From the NCBI GenBank assembly GCA_051294905.1, contig CM119385.1, positions 18,724,001 to 18,788,000 of the forward strand: a DNA stretch of 64,000 nucleotides. The letters are read 5' to 3'. The notes under the pieces are model-generated. The model was not told where the DNA came from and searched no databases. It saw only the letters and a list, made by a program, of their open reading frames with translations. This stretch comes from Botryllus schlosseri (taxonomy: Eukaryota). This document shows, one piece after another, positions 35,344-48,484 of this stretch. Numbering within the stretch: position 1 is the first letter of the stretch; every line of letters begins with the position of its first letter. Made by a program: the position numbers and the translations under genes.

Positions 35344-36926
35344 GAGGGATGGTGTGAACCTCTGAAAGGTTCAGGTTCGTGTGAACGCGAACCTTTTTGA
35401 AAGGTTCTGTGTGAACACGAACGTGAACTTCATGACGTCACGTGACGTCATATTGCTAATTCCAACCCTATCTTTCAATGAAGTGATACCCTACTAATGT
35501 ACACGATACCTAGTGACGACTCGGGCTACATAATGCCACAATGCCGAAGTACATATTGGTGTTTTAAACGTCGCTGAGTGCGGAGATAATGAAGTTAGCT
35601 CATTCGGGAGAATGCTAATCGTGTGATCAAACACTGCTAATCGCGACGCATGAAGGTGAGGGTTACGCGCGATGGTTAGTCGCGGTGTCCCGAGTTTTCA
35701 ATCAAGTGGCGTTATCTGCTGCATCATAATGCGAAAATGCGTTATAGATTGGCTGCTAGTTGGTGAATAAAACTAGAGATCCCACAATCTCCATACTGAA
35801 ACAGCAGGCTGCTAACGACGATACTGCCACTGTAATAGGTAGAATTATCATCATCGCGAAATGAAAGTCGTGTCCAATTAGTACGGTACAGCTAAGAAAC
35901 GGATATCGCTTTGCAATGGCGGGTAGTCCTACATAATTCGTTGATTGTTTAGTGAAGCCATAACCTAGGAGACAATCGGCACGGTCATTATCGGGAATAA
36001 TTAGACGTAGGAATGGTACGCAGTTTCTATAGATAACTAGAAATCTATAGTTGTTCCAGTTTGTTAAATCATGAGATTAACACTAACTTTATGCGCCGCG
36101 ATCAACCGGTTTCCTTAATCCTGGGTTGATAAATCCTGACGAACGCGCTAATCGACTTTATTGCTAATCCAACTTTATTATCTTTGCCCTAAATGTATCA
36201 ACTGAGGCAATTAAAGGATATAATACTCCCATAAAATCAATATTTTCCGTCGCTTTGCCAACAATTTCGACGAGTACTTACCAGTGAACATAAACTTACG
36301 CCTTAACGGTCGAGACCAGACCGGACAATGTATTCGGCGTCAGAGTATCGCTACATTGATATTGAGCTGAATGTAAAACAGGTTTCTATACTTGCTACAA
36401 AAGTTATACACTATACAGTAGTGGCCAACACCTCAATCGCACGGATTTGGTTTTAATGATGCAGTAAAGATACGAAGTCAAGATTGACCCCGTACGCCTG
36501 CTAGATTTTTTTCATCAGAAAACGATATCAATTTCATTGATTGGTTGAATAAGCATCATTCGCTTACTGCGTATTTTGCTCGTGATGTTTATGATGGCGG
36601 GTAAAACTCACAACAGAGAGTCACAAACGGAAACCTGGATGTTTCGAGCAAACTTTTGTAACAAAGCAAGTAAAACATTTGAGATTGTCAAGGTGCATGC
36701 TCGTTTAGTGTTGATTTTTAATGCTGCCAGCGCCATGCATGGAGTGCCCCGCAGTTGAAATGCAATAAATATGAACCAAAGATGTTGTAACGAAGTGAAA
36801 ATTGTAATATATGATAAAGGTTCACAGTGTAGAACCTACCAAGGTTCTGTTGTGAACGCGAACCTCTAAATTTCCGAGGTTCACACACAGAACGCGAACG
36901 TGAACCTCGCGTTCACACCATCCCTA
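35344..36926. mobile_element. Non-autonomous TIR element (about 1.6 kb), AGGGATGGTGTGAAC termini
   Basis: Inverted termini with subterminal GTGAAC/GAACC repeats; flanks share GATCCTA. Confidence 0.7.
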
Positions 36927-38840
36927 TAGATCCTACTATAACTCCGTCGCTTCACCGGCATTGTATTTTTGGTAAGAAATTATTGCAAGTGTCGTACGCT
37001 TCCACTATGCATTGTAAAAGATCTAGATAGGCGCAGCGGCGTAATTATCTCGTACTTAAATTTAATGAATACCTGCCGAGGTCAAATATAAAAGCCTGGC
37101 ACGCGACGGGACTAAAGAAACGGAAGTTAAGTCAGCTGATTTCTGGCGACACTGAAGATCAAGAAAGACTTCATTTATTTGAGAATTTTTAGCATATTGG
37201 TGCCGTCACTCTCATTGTGATTATCATTATAATAGTTCAAGGAGCACTCTGGAAATGGCTGCTGCCAAATAAAGCCACCCCGCTCTGTACTTAATCTCGA
37301 ATTTCGTTGCAACCGATATTTTGCAGTTTCACGATGACATGTTCTCTTCTCAAATACCATCCCTTTAAATTCTAAGGACAGTGGTGAGAAATTTATTAGC
37401 TGTCTTTAGCCGACACGAGGATAGGATGTAATGGCATAGGTAATTAACCACTGGAATAATGTGATTGCCTTACAGCAAGGCTAGTGCAAAGAAATAGCCT
37501 GCCGACGGAAAATACTCGAATTAATCATCAGTTATCTGAAAAGCTGTCTCAAATCGTAGCGTATAACGCCTAATTTATAGATTACATAGTAGAGCATAAT
37601 CGCGTGTCTAATTTTCCAAAATAATTCAGATGTAGACCGTGAGAATGGTGAACTCGTGAAGACCTCTCATTCTCACACATTCAACCATCTTGATAGACGA
37701 AGAATCTATTTCATTATCATTATTCACATTCGTGAGCTTGTTTTATCGCAGTGCACCCAACTGACATCAAGGAATGTAAGTACAGATTGTACAATACACA
37801 TTGCACACTCACAACATCGAGGAGATAATTTGCAATCATCGTACACGCATTGCACTCGGATTATTAAAACTATTGCGATGTACAGTATAATGGTATATAT
37901 ACTTTATTGCGTGAATTCCGCAGTGAATTTTTCGAACGATATACCGCTATGTGTTCGACTTGCAGCCTCAATATCAATTAGCACAGCCTTAACATTTATA
38001 ATTGTTCAACAATGCTACCTTCAAAGTAGGCTATACAATATACATATACAGTTATTCTCAAAGACAAAAAAGAGGTCATAAACTTGCGATTATAGTCTCA
38101 TTTGATACGCATACTCCAACACTTATTGGCGGCAATTCAGATGCAATTATTCATCGATTCGCTTCTGAATGTATACTGTAGGCTTCCCGCAGGTGGATAC
38201 AAACTTTATATCGCATGTCGTCGGAAACTATAACAACTTTACAGTTTCCACTTTACTTATATTTGGTTACTTAGCACGGAAGCTAATATATTCAAATTCC
38301 CCTACGCGAAGGAACTACGTTTCACGTCATTTTGTTGCTAAAATAACCTGGGATCAGTTTTCCGGACAGCGGATATCCAGTTTGTGGGTTAGGGTTAACC
38401 TGCCGTTTTTATCATCCGCTATATCCGACTGTTGTACCGGATAAGCGAATATTAAAGTCACAATTTGATTCCATCCCTTTTAACCAGATTTAGATGTACA
38501 CTGTACATTGTACAATAGGAGAATATATTGGTATCCGGATGAGCCCGTATCAGGAACCGGTATAGCCTGAACCTGCCAAGTATAGCGTGCAATTAAATGA
38601 CATGTGATGAAGGCAGGTATAAGCTTAACCTGATCATTTTCCGGCTATCACCAAGAAGGGAGTCAAAAGTTCACGGTGGAATTTCCCTTTATTATTTTTC
38701 ACGGTAAATCTGTTTTTATAATTGTACAGAACTTCAAGCGCTTAATTGTATAAAAGGGCACATTAAGATTAATACGATATACATCATTTGCCTATACCCA
38801 AAGCCACAACAACATATGTGGCGATGACCAATATATACGC

Positions 38841-39290
38841 GGGGGTTGCATTTAAAACAAGGGTGTTTTAAACAAATGTCATTTCAAAAAAGTGTTGATA
38901 TTTTTAAGTTATATAAGTTTGTCGTAATTGTTTGAATACTTTCGAAAAACATGTAGTATGAAAATTGCGCGAGAAATAGTCGATGTGTATGAAGGTTTAA
39001 AACCCTTGACAACATCGTCGGTTCAGCAGTCATATCCAGTAATAGATTACTTGAACCGAATGGATGTTCTGATGATAATAACCGCCCGCTGCAAAACTGC
39101 TGCATGACGATGTAGTCGTGGTCAAGGAAATTCTTTGGTCAATTAAGAACGTGTTTCGTCTATAGAGTCATATTGGAACTGTATCCTTTAATTGTGATTC
39201 TCAAGGAGCCGTAAAACAATGCCAATCAACTGTGACATCACAATTGAATATACGTGACGTCACGGTGACGTCACAATCTTAGTTCACCAC
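38841..39290. mobile_element. Diverged partial hAT MITE family A copy
   Basis: GGGGTTGCATTTAAAACAAG start and GTGACGTCAC block shared with 21233-21660. Confidence 0.55.
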
Positions 39291-39761
39291 ACGGAATTTG
39301 TCGTATGAGATTGTTGGTCACGGTCTTGACAATAGTTGCTGTATGCGCTCGAAGAGACTAGCACTCAGATATCGCAAGACTTACTAATAAAATTGAATCG
39401 GAGTATTGCTGAGACGGGCAGAGAGAATCTGGTGAAATTTGTGATGTAATCGGCGAACCCGAAGACGTACCAAAGTGAATCAATTTTATCGAATACGAAT
39501 ACGTAGCGACTCTTGACTCGTCTTGAGTTGTGTGGATAGTATCTTCAATCGCCTAATGCAATGGTCGGGACCCATTTTTGACCGAAGAGTCATATTGACC
39601 CAATATTTCCAATTGTAACTTCCAAAGAGCCATACATGTAAATCAATTTTTACGTCACAATTGAAAATTCCTGACGTATTGGTAGCACTAATATATGGGA
39701 TTCGTAGTGTGCGCCATATTTTTCTGTCCATGTGCGTTAGTGGAGACAAACAGGGTCACTA

Positions 39762-39882
39762 TAGGGATGGTGTGATGGTGCAATATGACGTCACGAGGTT
39801 CACGGTCGCGTTCACACAGAACTTTTCAAAAAGGTTCGCGTTCACACGAACCTGAACCTTTCACAGGCTCACACCATCCCTA
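39762..39882. mobile_element. 121-bp deletion derivative of the 35344 element family
   Basis: TAGGGATGGTGTGA TIRs; body is the reverse complement of 35344-35455; flanks AGGGTCACTA/ATGGTCACTA. Confidence 0.8.
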
Positions 39883-40949
39883 ATGGTCACTAGAGCGGTA
39901 CATACCCAATGCAGGGTGTGTTACGTCAGTGACGTGGGGTCATGGGAGGCAAGCGAGGCAGTGTCTCACATGTCGTCAGGGATGAGCGAGGGTAAATTGA
40001 GAAACCTTCAATGATTATAGGTATTCTTTGTCGATGTTTATGAATGCTTCGATTATAAACATTTCTATTCCCAAAATTACGGAATTTTCATACTCATTGT
40101 TCGAAAATAAAACGCGAAGGGAGAGTTAAGGCTCAGATTAGGCACAGACGGGCCAAGCCTCGCCCGTGATAGCGCAACTGATTGTAAATACCTTAGAATT
40201 TATCATCACTGATATTATTCAATTGAAATTATCGCGCTGATTCCGAAATTCTAAATATTGATCGACTTCTAAAGTATTCGGCATCACATAACGCTACATA
40301 CCTGCATTTTACGGCGGTTCTAGAAAGCTACTTACGTTACCAATCAAGAACTTGGATCGCTATCGCGTTGTTTTTAGTTTGATTTGTAATTGTTAATGTC
40401 ACTTCCAAGGAAGTTTGTTTATCGGCGTGGATCAGAAAGTCAATGTGTATTTGAAAACTGCATTGTCCTACAAGCGTCGCCACGTCAAAGTACCAATCAA
40501 GGAATCGTGCAATCTAAGATTTCGAGGCGCGAGAGCGGGTATAGATCGAATTCGCCAGTGGTGTTTGTCGCCGGCGCGACAGCAACTTCAGTTTGAGGAT
40601 TTCCAAATAGGGGGGGGGGGGATACTAAAACCCAACCTTGGTTACCCCACTGTCTTGACCTCTCAAAGACATGTTTATGTTGTCACGAGAATAATTATTA
40701 GGGCCGTCATGAGAATTTACCAACTAGTTGATGCAATATTGTTAAATTACTCAATAAACCGCAATCAGAAGAGCAAGTGCTTCATCAAAACCTTCAACCT
40801 TTTTGAAGATGATGAGTCCATCCAAGTTCAGGCTCCATAGGGATTCTTATACCGCGGCTGGATACGGAGATATGGAAACCGGATAGATATAATAGCACAT
40901 TATAAATATATATTATATGAACTTATCACACATTATCAAATAAAAATCA

Positions 40950-41030
40950 AAATAAAATGAATATCGGCCTGGTGTAAATGACCATAGTAGTCGACAAACA
41001 CCATGAATACCACAAACCAACCAACACATT
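40950..41030 (+). mobile_element. 3' fragment of the tRNA-derived SINE
   Basis: GGCCTGGTGTAAATGACCATAGTAGTCGACAAACACCATGAATACCACAAAC matches the family tail. Confidence 0.8.
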
Positions 41031-41559
41031 ATCACTTCGACAAAACTTTATTACATCGGACAACAAAACAAACGAATATATTGATGTATTGAAACAGGTA
41101 CTGAACAATTTATCGTGAAAAAAATAGAAAACGTAACTATGCGTCACAAAGAAGTATTACTGCTCATTTGCTTTTCACTCTTAATAACTTATAATCGGAG
41201 GCGATGTGGAATGAAGTACCTATGCATATGAACGCATTTCGCTAATTGCAATCAGTGGTCGCAATGTCGTTCTACGTTCATTTATTGAATTGTTGTGTTA
41301 CAATCAAAAAACTATGTATTCTCCCTCTTCTCAGGTAAAATTAGCCGCAACTTTTATACTTCGAATTCGACGATTCGCCACAAAACGCTGTGTCATCTGA
41401 GAAATGTCCAATTGAACTTTATGATAGAAAGTGCGCCCTTGGGACGCACTGATGTCACGAGTCAATTAACTACAGGACGATCGGCTTTCGTCACGTTAGA
41501 GTTACGTTGCCTCAGCTGGGATCCATGCATGGACGGCTGGACGTAGCCTACAGACTTGC

Positions 41560-41990
41560 CAGGACAACTAGAAAATGCCCAGCTTTTCCAAATTAGATTA
41601 GAATTGGAATTACAACGACATATAGAATAAGAATTATGGCTAGTACACACTAATAGCTATTTCAAATTAGATTAAAATTATAATTATAGCAACCCAGTTT
41701 TGTTTTCAATTAGATTACAATTAGAATTACTGAATTCACGAATCTTGGACATTGACTCAAGGTCCGTTAATATCAAATCTTAGTACTTTCTTATGAGCAT
41801 GAGAATAGCAAACGTCTGTGCATCAAGCTTAGCTTGTTTCGCACTGTACGGTTATCCTGCAGTATTTACACGAAAACCAGGAATTAGATTAAAAGTAGAA
41901 TTAGAGCGAAGAAAGATTTCACAAATTAGATTAGAATGATATTACCGGCAGTTCGCTCTAATTAGTCTAATTGGACAACTAGAATTATCT
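41560..41990. repeat. AATTAG-rich low-complexity repeat
   Basis: Many AATTAGA(A/T)TA units bounded by GGACAACTAGAA direct repeats. Confidence 0.4.
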
Positions 41991-42241
41991 GGTTGTCCGA
42001 GTCTCATACAGGATCCAAAGTTTTTGACAATTAAAATATGGTCATACACGACTAGAACTTGTGGTAAGCCGACGTTCTTGCCAAAAAGAAGACTAATGTT
42101 CATTTGCTCGTGAATGGACTATGTGAGAAGAGGTCAATATTTTGATATTTATGGTAAAATCTTGGTTGGCCCGCAATTGAAAATATATAAAGTCATTTTC
42201 ATAGGGATCGTAACTTCTTTTTTCATGACCGGGAAAGTATA

Positions 42242-42423
42242 CCGTAATTTTCCATGTATAATACGCAAAATTTTACCGATTTTTTGCCCTAAAATAGGGG
42301 GGAGCGTATTATATATGGGTACAGCAAGCCTTGAAAAAAATCCCTCGATCAAAAACTTGAAATCACACCTATTATAGCGTATTATAGCCTACATGGGGGC
42401 GCACTACATTCGGAAAATTACGG
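42242..42423. mobile_element. Tc1/mariner-type MITE (182 bp)
   Basis: TA|CCGTAATTTTCC...GGAAAATTACGG|TA: 12-bp TIR and TA duplication. Confidence 0.85.
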
Positions 42424-44477
42424 TACTTAAAGTAGCCTATGCTGTGAACAAAGAAGCCGCATTGATATCCCTGCATTTATCTTACCTCGCACGATATGAA
42501 TATCCTAAACAGGCGACAGCTAATCAGATGTGAATGTGTGTACTATACTCTTTGAATGTGTCGTTTCGAATGTTCAAATGACCTCATCGGTATCAATCCA
42601 GAGCAGAAACTGGAAGTTCAAAAGCATATACTATATTCGAGAATCAATCGTCAATATCCTTTCTCATTCGTGTTTAATTTTCATTTCGTAAGCACGTGAG
42701 ATTGAAACCTATCGGGGCATGAGACAGCATTTTCTTCGTCGGAGTTTTTCTCTTGGCTTGAATGATAAATGTCTTCAACATCTCAAGCTTGTAACAAAAT
42801 TAGCAGAATATTGCATCACCAAACGCCGGATGCAATGTTGTATGGCTCTATCACTAGGAAAATTATGTTCCTTATTCTGATCAACCTGTTAGTACTTACA
42901 ATGACGTGTCAGGAAAGGAGAAGCCCGGACGATTGCTTACACCTTCGAGCGTATTTGATCATGATGGAACATTTGATTGACTTCGTAAATCCGTTACTTA
43001 GTCAAAATGACTCGCTTAAGATCAATGTACTATTTTTAGATCATTTAAAAATACATGATTCTAGTATTCTACTTCAAGTAGTTTTGGCACTTCTTGGAAA
43101 TCGCAACTTCTACTAATAATTAAATAAACAGTTACGGCGTTAATTTCTACTCTGACTACTTTGACGACACTGGAACGCGACACTACATACTACATCACCT
43201 CGTCACGGAACAGTGAGCACGGGTATCAGTATCAGTTTATTAATCATTTCCATGATTTCAAAACACCACAAGACTGCGATACATGAAACGATTAGAGGGT
43301 GTCAAAACGACTTGGAGTTGTATTTGAAATCAGACAGCCGGGCATAGTCCATCTAACGATGCAGCATGCACGCTTGATGGAAAGAAATGAGGGATAACAT
43401 AAAACGACTGGAGATGAAAATGAATGACGCATGTGTCGATAGGAGAGGTTGAGATGTCAGAGCGACGTCCGGTAATTTTGAGAGCTGACTATTCATTCGT
43501 GTACTATGCTGTACTACCTATCAATTATGTTATCAGCATTTGCGCATCTCAACATACATATCCCAATTACAACTAGTTGACAACAACGTTCATGCCTTTC
43601 TCGAATCCAAATAAACACAGTGTATTCATTGACACTGGACGAACTGTAGTTTCTCCCGGCTCACTTGTACAGTGTAGTACATGTACTTGTACAATATGCA
43701 GAGTAGGACTACCCTACACTGTAGGCTATACTGTACGTGTACGACGTGGTCATGTAGAAAATCTATAGATCGCTCTTCTGGTTTCGGCAAGAATTGATGT
43801 CGATTTACGAACGGTGAATTGTATTTGCTATAATATAGGGAACTTTTTGGATTGCGTCTTCTAGCTCGCCTGCTCGGCAGTCGGTACTCGGTAGTGTGTC
43901 TTCGGACCGCTCGCGGATCGAAACGTGACCAATCGGGACTCGTCAGCATAGGCTGTTATGTAGCGTCACTAGTCAGTGCTGCGTGTCAGTCACTTCCATG
44001 AAAAAGTGTGTGTGTTACTGTGTCAGAGGAGAATCGACGTTTCATCGTTCCCTTGATGTTTATGAAAGTGATTAAAGAAGCAAAACTTCTTTTAGTTGCC
44101 ATTTCGTTATACTTGAGACAATAAATAAATCTACTTTCCCAATTTGACTCGAATTATTACAATCAATATTCGACTCGCTCCATGGTTATTCATTTATGCT
44201 ACATGGAAAGACAGACGTTATATATTGTTGTCCTTGATGTTTTTGGGGCATGTACACCGACTCATGATAAACATACACACGATCTGTGCATACGCATATC
44301 ATGAGTGCTCGATATGCATATGCCGCTGGATAAGGAAGGTGCAAGAATAGCCTTGTAAGACTTGTCTTGTAAGTCTTGCATCACTTTTCAACCAAATTTC
44401 ATTGTGCGACCCACCATGAGATATGACAAAACGATTGAAATCGTGATTCAGCGCACAATAAGTCGTTGTTAAGAGTT

Positions 44478-44756
44478 TTGTGGTTTGTTTGTTTTTGTGG
44501 TATTCATGGCGTTTGTCGACTACTATGGTCGTTTACACCAGGCCGATATTCTTCATTTTTGGTTCCGTAACTGCCGACCTATAGCACGGTCGACTTCCAG
44601 GCTTTTTGTATGACACAGCATACGCAAATGGTGAGATGGAGTCTAGATAGACCTCCAACACTTCGGTATACGAATTCTGAAGTCGACCTCGGACGGACTC
44701 GAACCAGCAACCCATTGGTGTTGCAGCCGCGGATTATACCGCAGCGCTACCTCGCC
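44478..44756 (-). mobile_element. tRNA-derived SINE
   Basis: Full head and tail, similar to 19281 and 25880 copies. Confidence 0.85.
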
Positions 44757-44764
44757 ACTGGATT

Positions 44765-45605
44765 ATGTGGTATTCATTGTGTTTTTTTACTACGATGGTT
44801 ATTTCCATCAGACCGGTATTGCATAGTATGATTACGTAACTGCCGACTTGTAGCACGGGCTAGGTTACTTCTTGGATTTTTACGACAGCGCTTACGCGGA
44901 TGAGATGAAGAGTCGGAAGCAATGTATAGATATACCTCCAACACTTGTAATGGGATTATGGAGTCGACCTCAGTCGGACTCGAACCTGCAACCGCCAGGG
45001 TTGTAATGACTCGAGTATTGACTCGAGTCACGATTTTTTGATAACTCGACTTGACTCGAGTCATATTTTCAAATGTGTAAAATGACTCGAGTCAATTTCT
45101 GTATTGACTCAACTTGTACTCGAGTCATTGTGCATGACTCGAAACAAGTCATATGACTCGAGATTGGGACGCCCAAGACAGACATTTCATTGTAACTTCG
45201 AAGAATAGTAAAGTCACCACATTATTGGTATTTTGTCTGTCAGTCCTGATATTGGAAATTAAGGCCAGAAACTGTTAGGACTATGGACAATTACGATATT
45301 ATGAATGCGAGCCATTCTATATCACTCGAGCAGAGTTGAAAGAAGTGGCTTGAACCGGATTGAATTCAAAACTGAACTGTGAACACAATGACTTGGACTC
45401 GTACTCGAGTCTTAACACTATGACTCGGACTCGGCCTTTTGCTTCGTGACTCGAACGTGACTCGGTGGTGAATTGAAAATGACTCGACTTGACTCAAACC
45501 TAAAGAAGGAAGATTGACTTGTGACTCGGAACCTTGTGACTTGGTTACAACCCTGAATCGCAACGTATTGGTGTTGCAGCTGTGAATCACAACGGTGTCT
45601 CGCCA
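44765..45605 (-). mobile_element. tRNA-derived SINE split by a MITE
   Basis: Body and B box at 44765-44995; remainder of head at about 45556-45605. Confidence 0.75.
44996..45555. mobile_element. hAT-like MITE with GACTCG(A/G) subterminal repeats (560 bp)
   Basis: TIR CAGGGTTGTAA / TTACAACCCTG; many GACTCG units near both ends; TSD imperfect. Confidence 0.8.
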
Positions 45606-45623
45606 CGCACAATGCATCGTATG

Positions 45624-46044
45624 TAGGGTTACATTTGAAACAAAAATCAATTCAAAACAAACATGTTTAAAACAAGGCCCTTGTTTAAAACATGTTTTTA
45701 TTTTTTTCAAGCCATGACGTCACGGATATTCAATTGTGACGTCATGATGGATTGATATTGATAATTGAAAATATAGGGTAAATAAAACTTTTTTGACGAA
45801 ATATCTACGTACCATAGCGGTTGAACCGACTATTTTGAGGGTCCCAACCATCCCATATCGTATACGTCGGCTATGTCGGGTAGTAATTGTCCGCAGGCTC
45901 ATACAACATGTTTATTTGGAAAGTAATTGCACAATTATAGCAAAATTTTGCAACTTAAAAAAAAAAACATTTTTTTAAAGGCCTTTGTTTAAAACACTGT
46001 TTAAAACGTGTTTTAAACAACCATTTGTGTTAAATGCAACCCTA
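45624..46044. mobile_element. hAT MITE family A copy
   Basis: TAGGGTTACATTT...AAATGCAACCCTA, inverted relative to 21233-21660; TSD eroded. Confidence 0.85.
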
Positions 46045-46506
46045 ATGAGTAACGAGTTGAACTGGATGCCAACAAGTTGCGCGATAATTCAGGAATGCGG
46101 GTGTATATGCTACAAAGCAGACATGAATTAATACAGATGATTACAAACGAGAAAGCGCGTATCTTTTACGTTGAATATCATGGGGTTCTGAGTAGCTTGC
46201 GTCGCTACAATTTACTCATTATAACACCTGATCGGACTGGATTGCTGCATTTCCCGATCAACGTAAACAAAGCCATTAGGGGAAGGAATTCTCAGGCATA
46301 CGCAATCACACAGTGGCGCTTACGGGCGCACAATCAACCTATATTTTAGAGGATGTGAACGTGTATTTGATCGTCTAATCGTGTGAAGATAAGGTAGCCT
46401 ACTTGTCATATTGAATAGGAAAAACTGTAGCATTTATAAATCCTTTGTGACCCACATGAAGTAGTTTCGCGACCCACCAGTGGGTCGTGATGATCGAAGC
46501 TATTCC

Positions 46507-46537
46507 CAGGGATATCTAAAACTCCTAGATATCCCTG
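46507..46537. mobile_element. 31-bp hAT-type micro-insertion (CAGGGATATC family)
   Basis: CAGGGATATCTAAAACTCCTAGATATCCCTG; flanks GCTATTCC/GCTATGCC (7/8 match). Confidence 0.75.
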
Positions 46538-46854
46538 GCTATGCCATGTGGGTCGCCAAGAATTCCGAAATGTTACAGTTGTCTATTCATTTTGCCGAAC
46601 TTATCGAACACTTCTATCTTCTCACGACGATAAGAGGCAAATACCGGTTCTCTTCCTCCCAATTAAATTGTTTTTGTGCCGTAAGTCAAGCTCCCGTGCT
46701 CACAATCATTCTTTAACCCGATTTTCGTGATAGCGAAATTTGACAGTGCACTCTTTTCAAATAGGGTGTGTATTCACACCCAAAAGGTAGTAGCCCTCGA
46801 CTGAGCCTAACTAAGAATTTTATCGCGGTTATATGTCATCGGTGCTTCGTGCAT

Positions 46855-46905
46855 ACCTTCCTACTTCACTTCGTGCATACCTTCCTACGTCACTACGTGC
46901 AAGCA
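46855..46905. repeat. 24-bp tandem repeat, about 2.3 units
   Basis: CTTCGTGCATACCTTCCTAC(T/G)TCA repeated. Confidence 0.7.
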
Positions 46906-46932
46906 TTCATCCGGTCTTTATATCGCATAGGC

Positions 46933-48181
46933 CAGTGATTCCCAAGATTTTTCGACTCATTGCCCCCGTTTCAAGCTCTACACCAGTGGTTCTTAACCTT
47001 TTTTCCTCCAGCGCCCCTTTTCAAAAAGTATCGTGCTCCAGCGCCCCCCACCTCATATTGTAAGGACTGTAATAAAGACATTGGGTAAGAGGGAGCGCCG
47101 TAACAGCACTTCATCAGTACCCCTAAAAACGAATTTCTTGCGCACACATAGCGTGATAAATCAAACTTCTCAGAGCTTCTCCCCAAGAAGCCCGTCGCGT
47201 GATTTCGATGGTCAGCAAAATTTGTGTGACCTGGGCGCCATATTTTTTTATAACGCATGAATGAATAGGTGGTACGTACTGTAACTTCATATATATGTCG
47301 CTATAAACTTTTTGTCCTATCAGCCCACGTAATTAGATTTACCGGCAGCGCTGAGTGAGCTGTTGTATTGAAAAATGAAGGCCACGTAATTAATAATTGA
47401 ACATATTCGGGCGTGCCCGTTGGTACAACTATAATTCGTTACATGTTATTATTTTGTTACCTCCTGTCCGCTATATAGTCAAATGATGTTGAAAATAACC
47501 CTAGCAAGCGTGACAGCAGTGTTTTAACGGGAAATTGGCGATGTAAAAGTCCGCGCAATTCATTTTACATGAATTATAATAACCCACTACATTTATGAAA
47601 ACATATGTAGCAAACATCACTGCGTAGCGCGACCAAACATTTCGGGATTTGACATGTTTTGTGGAATGTTAATTTGCTCTGAATACTCATTAAGGATATG
47701 TCCTACTACCCCATCATCTACTGCGAAGCCATTTTTCTTCAGCGCCCCCCATATCGCCCCCCTGAGCCCAGCGCCCCCCATATCGCCCCCTGGGCGTTTC
47801 CGCCCCCTTCAGAATCGCTAGCGCCCCTTGGGGGGCGCTGGAGGCAAGGTTAAGAACCACTGCTCTACACCGATCATCGCCCCTCAAATATTGGGAACCG
47901 AAAAATGGGCACACAAACTGTAATCACCGGCGAGTTGACTAAAAATATATCAACTTTTCGGCTCGACCTCGAAATTACAATTTTACAGCTAAATTCTCGT
48001 GAGTTGAATAAAAAAATAGTCATTTCTCCAGCTTGACTCCAATATAGCCGTTTTAACGCGCCATCGCCCCATTCGGTATTTTCTTCCCCTATCGCCCTCT
48101 TCGTCCGTTTTCGCCCCCCTATCGCCCACTTCGTTATTTTCGCCCTCTAGACCGCCAAATCGCCCACGTTGGGAACCGCTG
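46933..48181. mobile_element. hAT MITE family C hosting a nested family B copy
   Basis: CAGTGATTCCCAA / TTGGGAACCGCTG termini; perfect TSD GCATAGGC. Confidence 0.88.
46984..47862. mobile_element. hAT MITE family B, nested
   Basis: 17-bp TIR CAGTGGTTCTTAACCTT; perfect TSD CTCTACAC. Confidence 0.93.
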
Positions 48182-48484
48182 GCATAGGCCCAGGTTGGTG
48201 TCTGATTTCAAAGTCTACTCCAAATCGTTTCGACGTGATCCGTTCCTTTCTTTTAATTGCATCGCAATCTTGTGGTGTGATGATCGCATATAATTGTTAC
48301 AGACAGACTGTGTTTGTACATTGTACACTGTAATTTGTACATGTGCAATGTGCATGTGCAGACTGCATAGTCAATGTACCTGATGCGGGTGTGATCAGAC
48401 TATAGTTGACCTCCAAGGTCGTCTCGATCATTCCTATCCGATGCCGGATACTGTGCATGCGTATTTTTCTGCATCAGTTGCCGT

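Noticed and set aside
40415-40840. 141-aa plus-strand ORF
   Set aside because: Runs through a poly-G tract, has no motif, and overlaps a more plausible fossil fragment on the other strand.
28288-47260. Near-identical short ORFs at 28414/47033 and 28536/46971 as duplicated genes
   Set aside because: They lie inside two copies of MITE family B; identity reflects the repeat.
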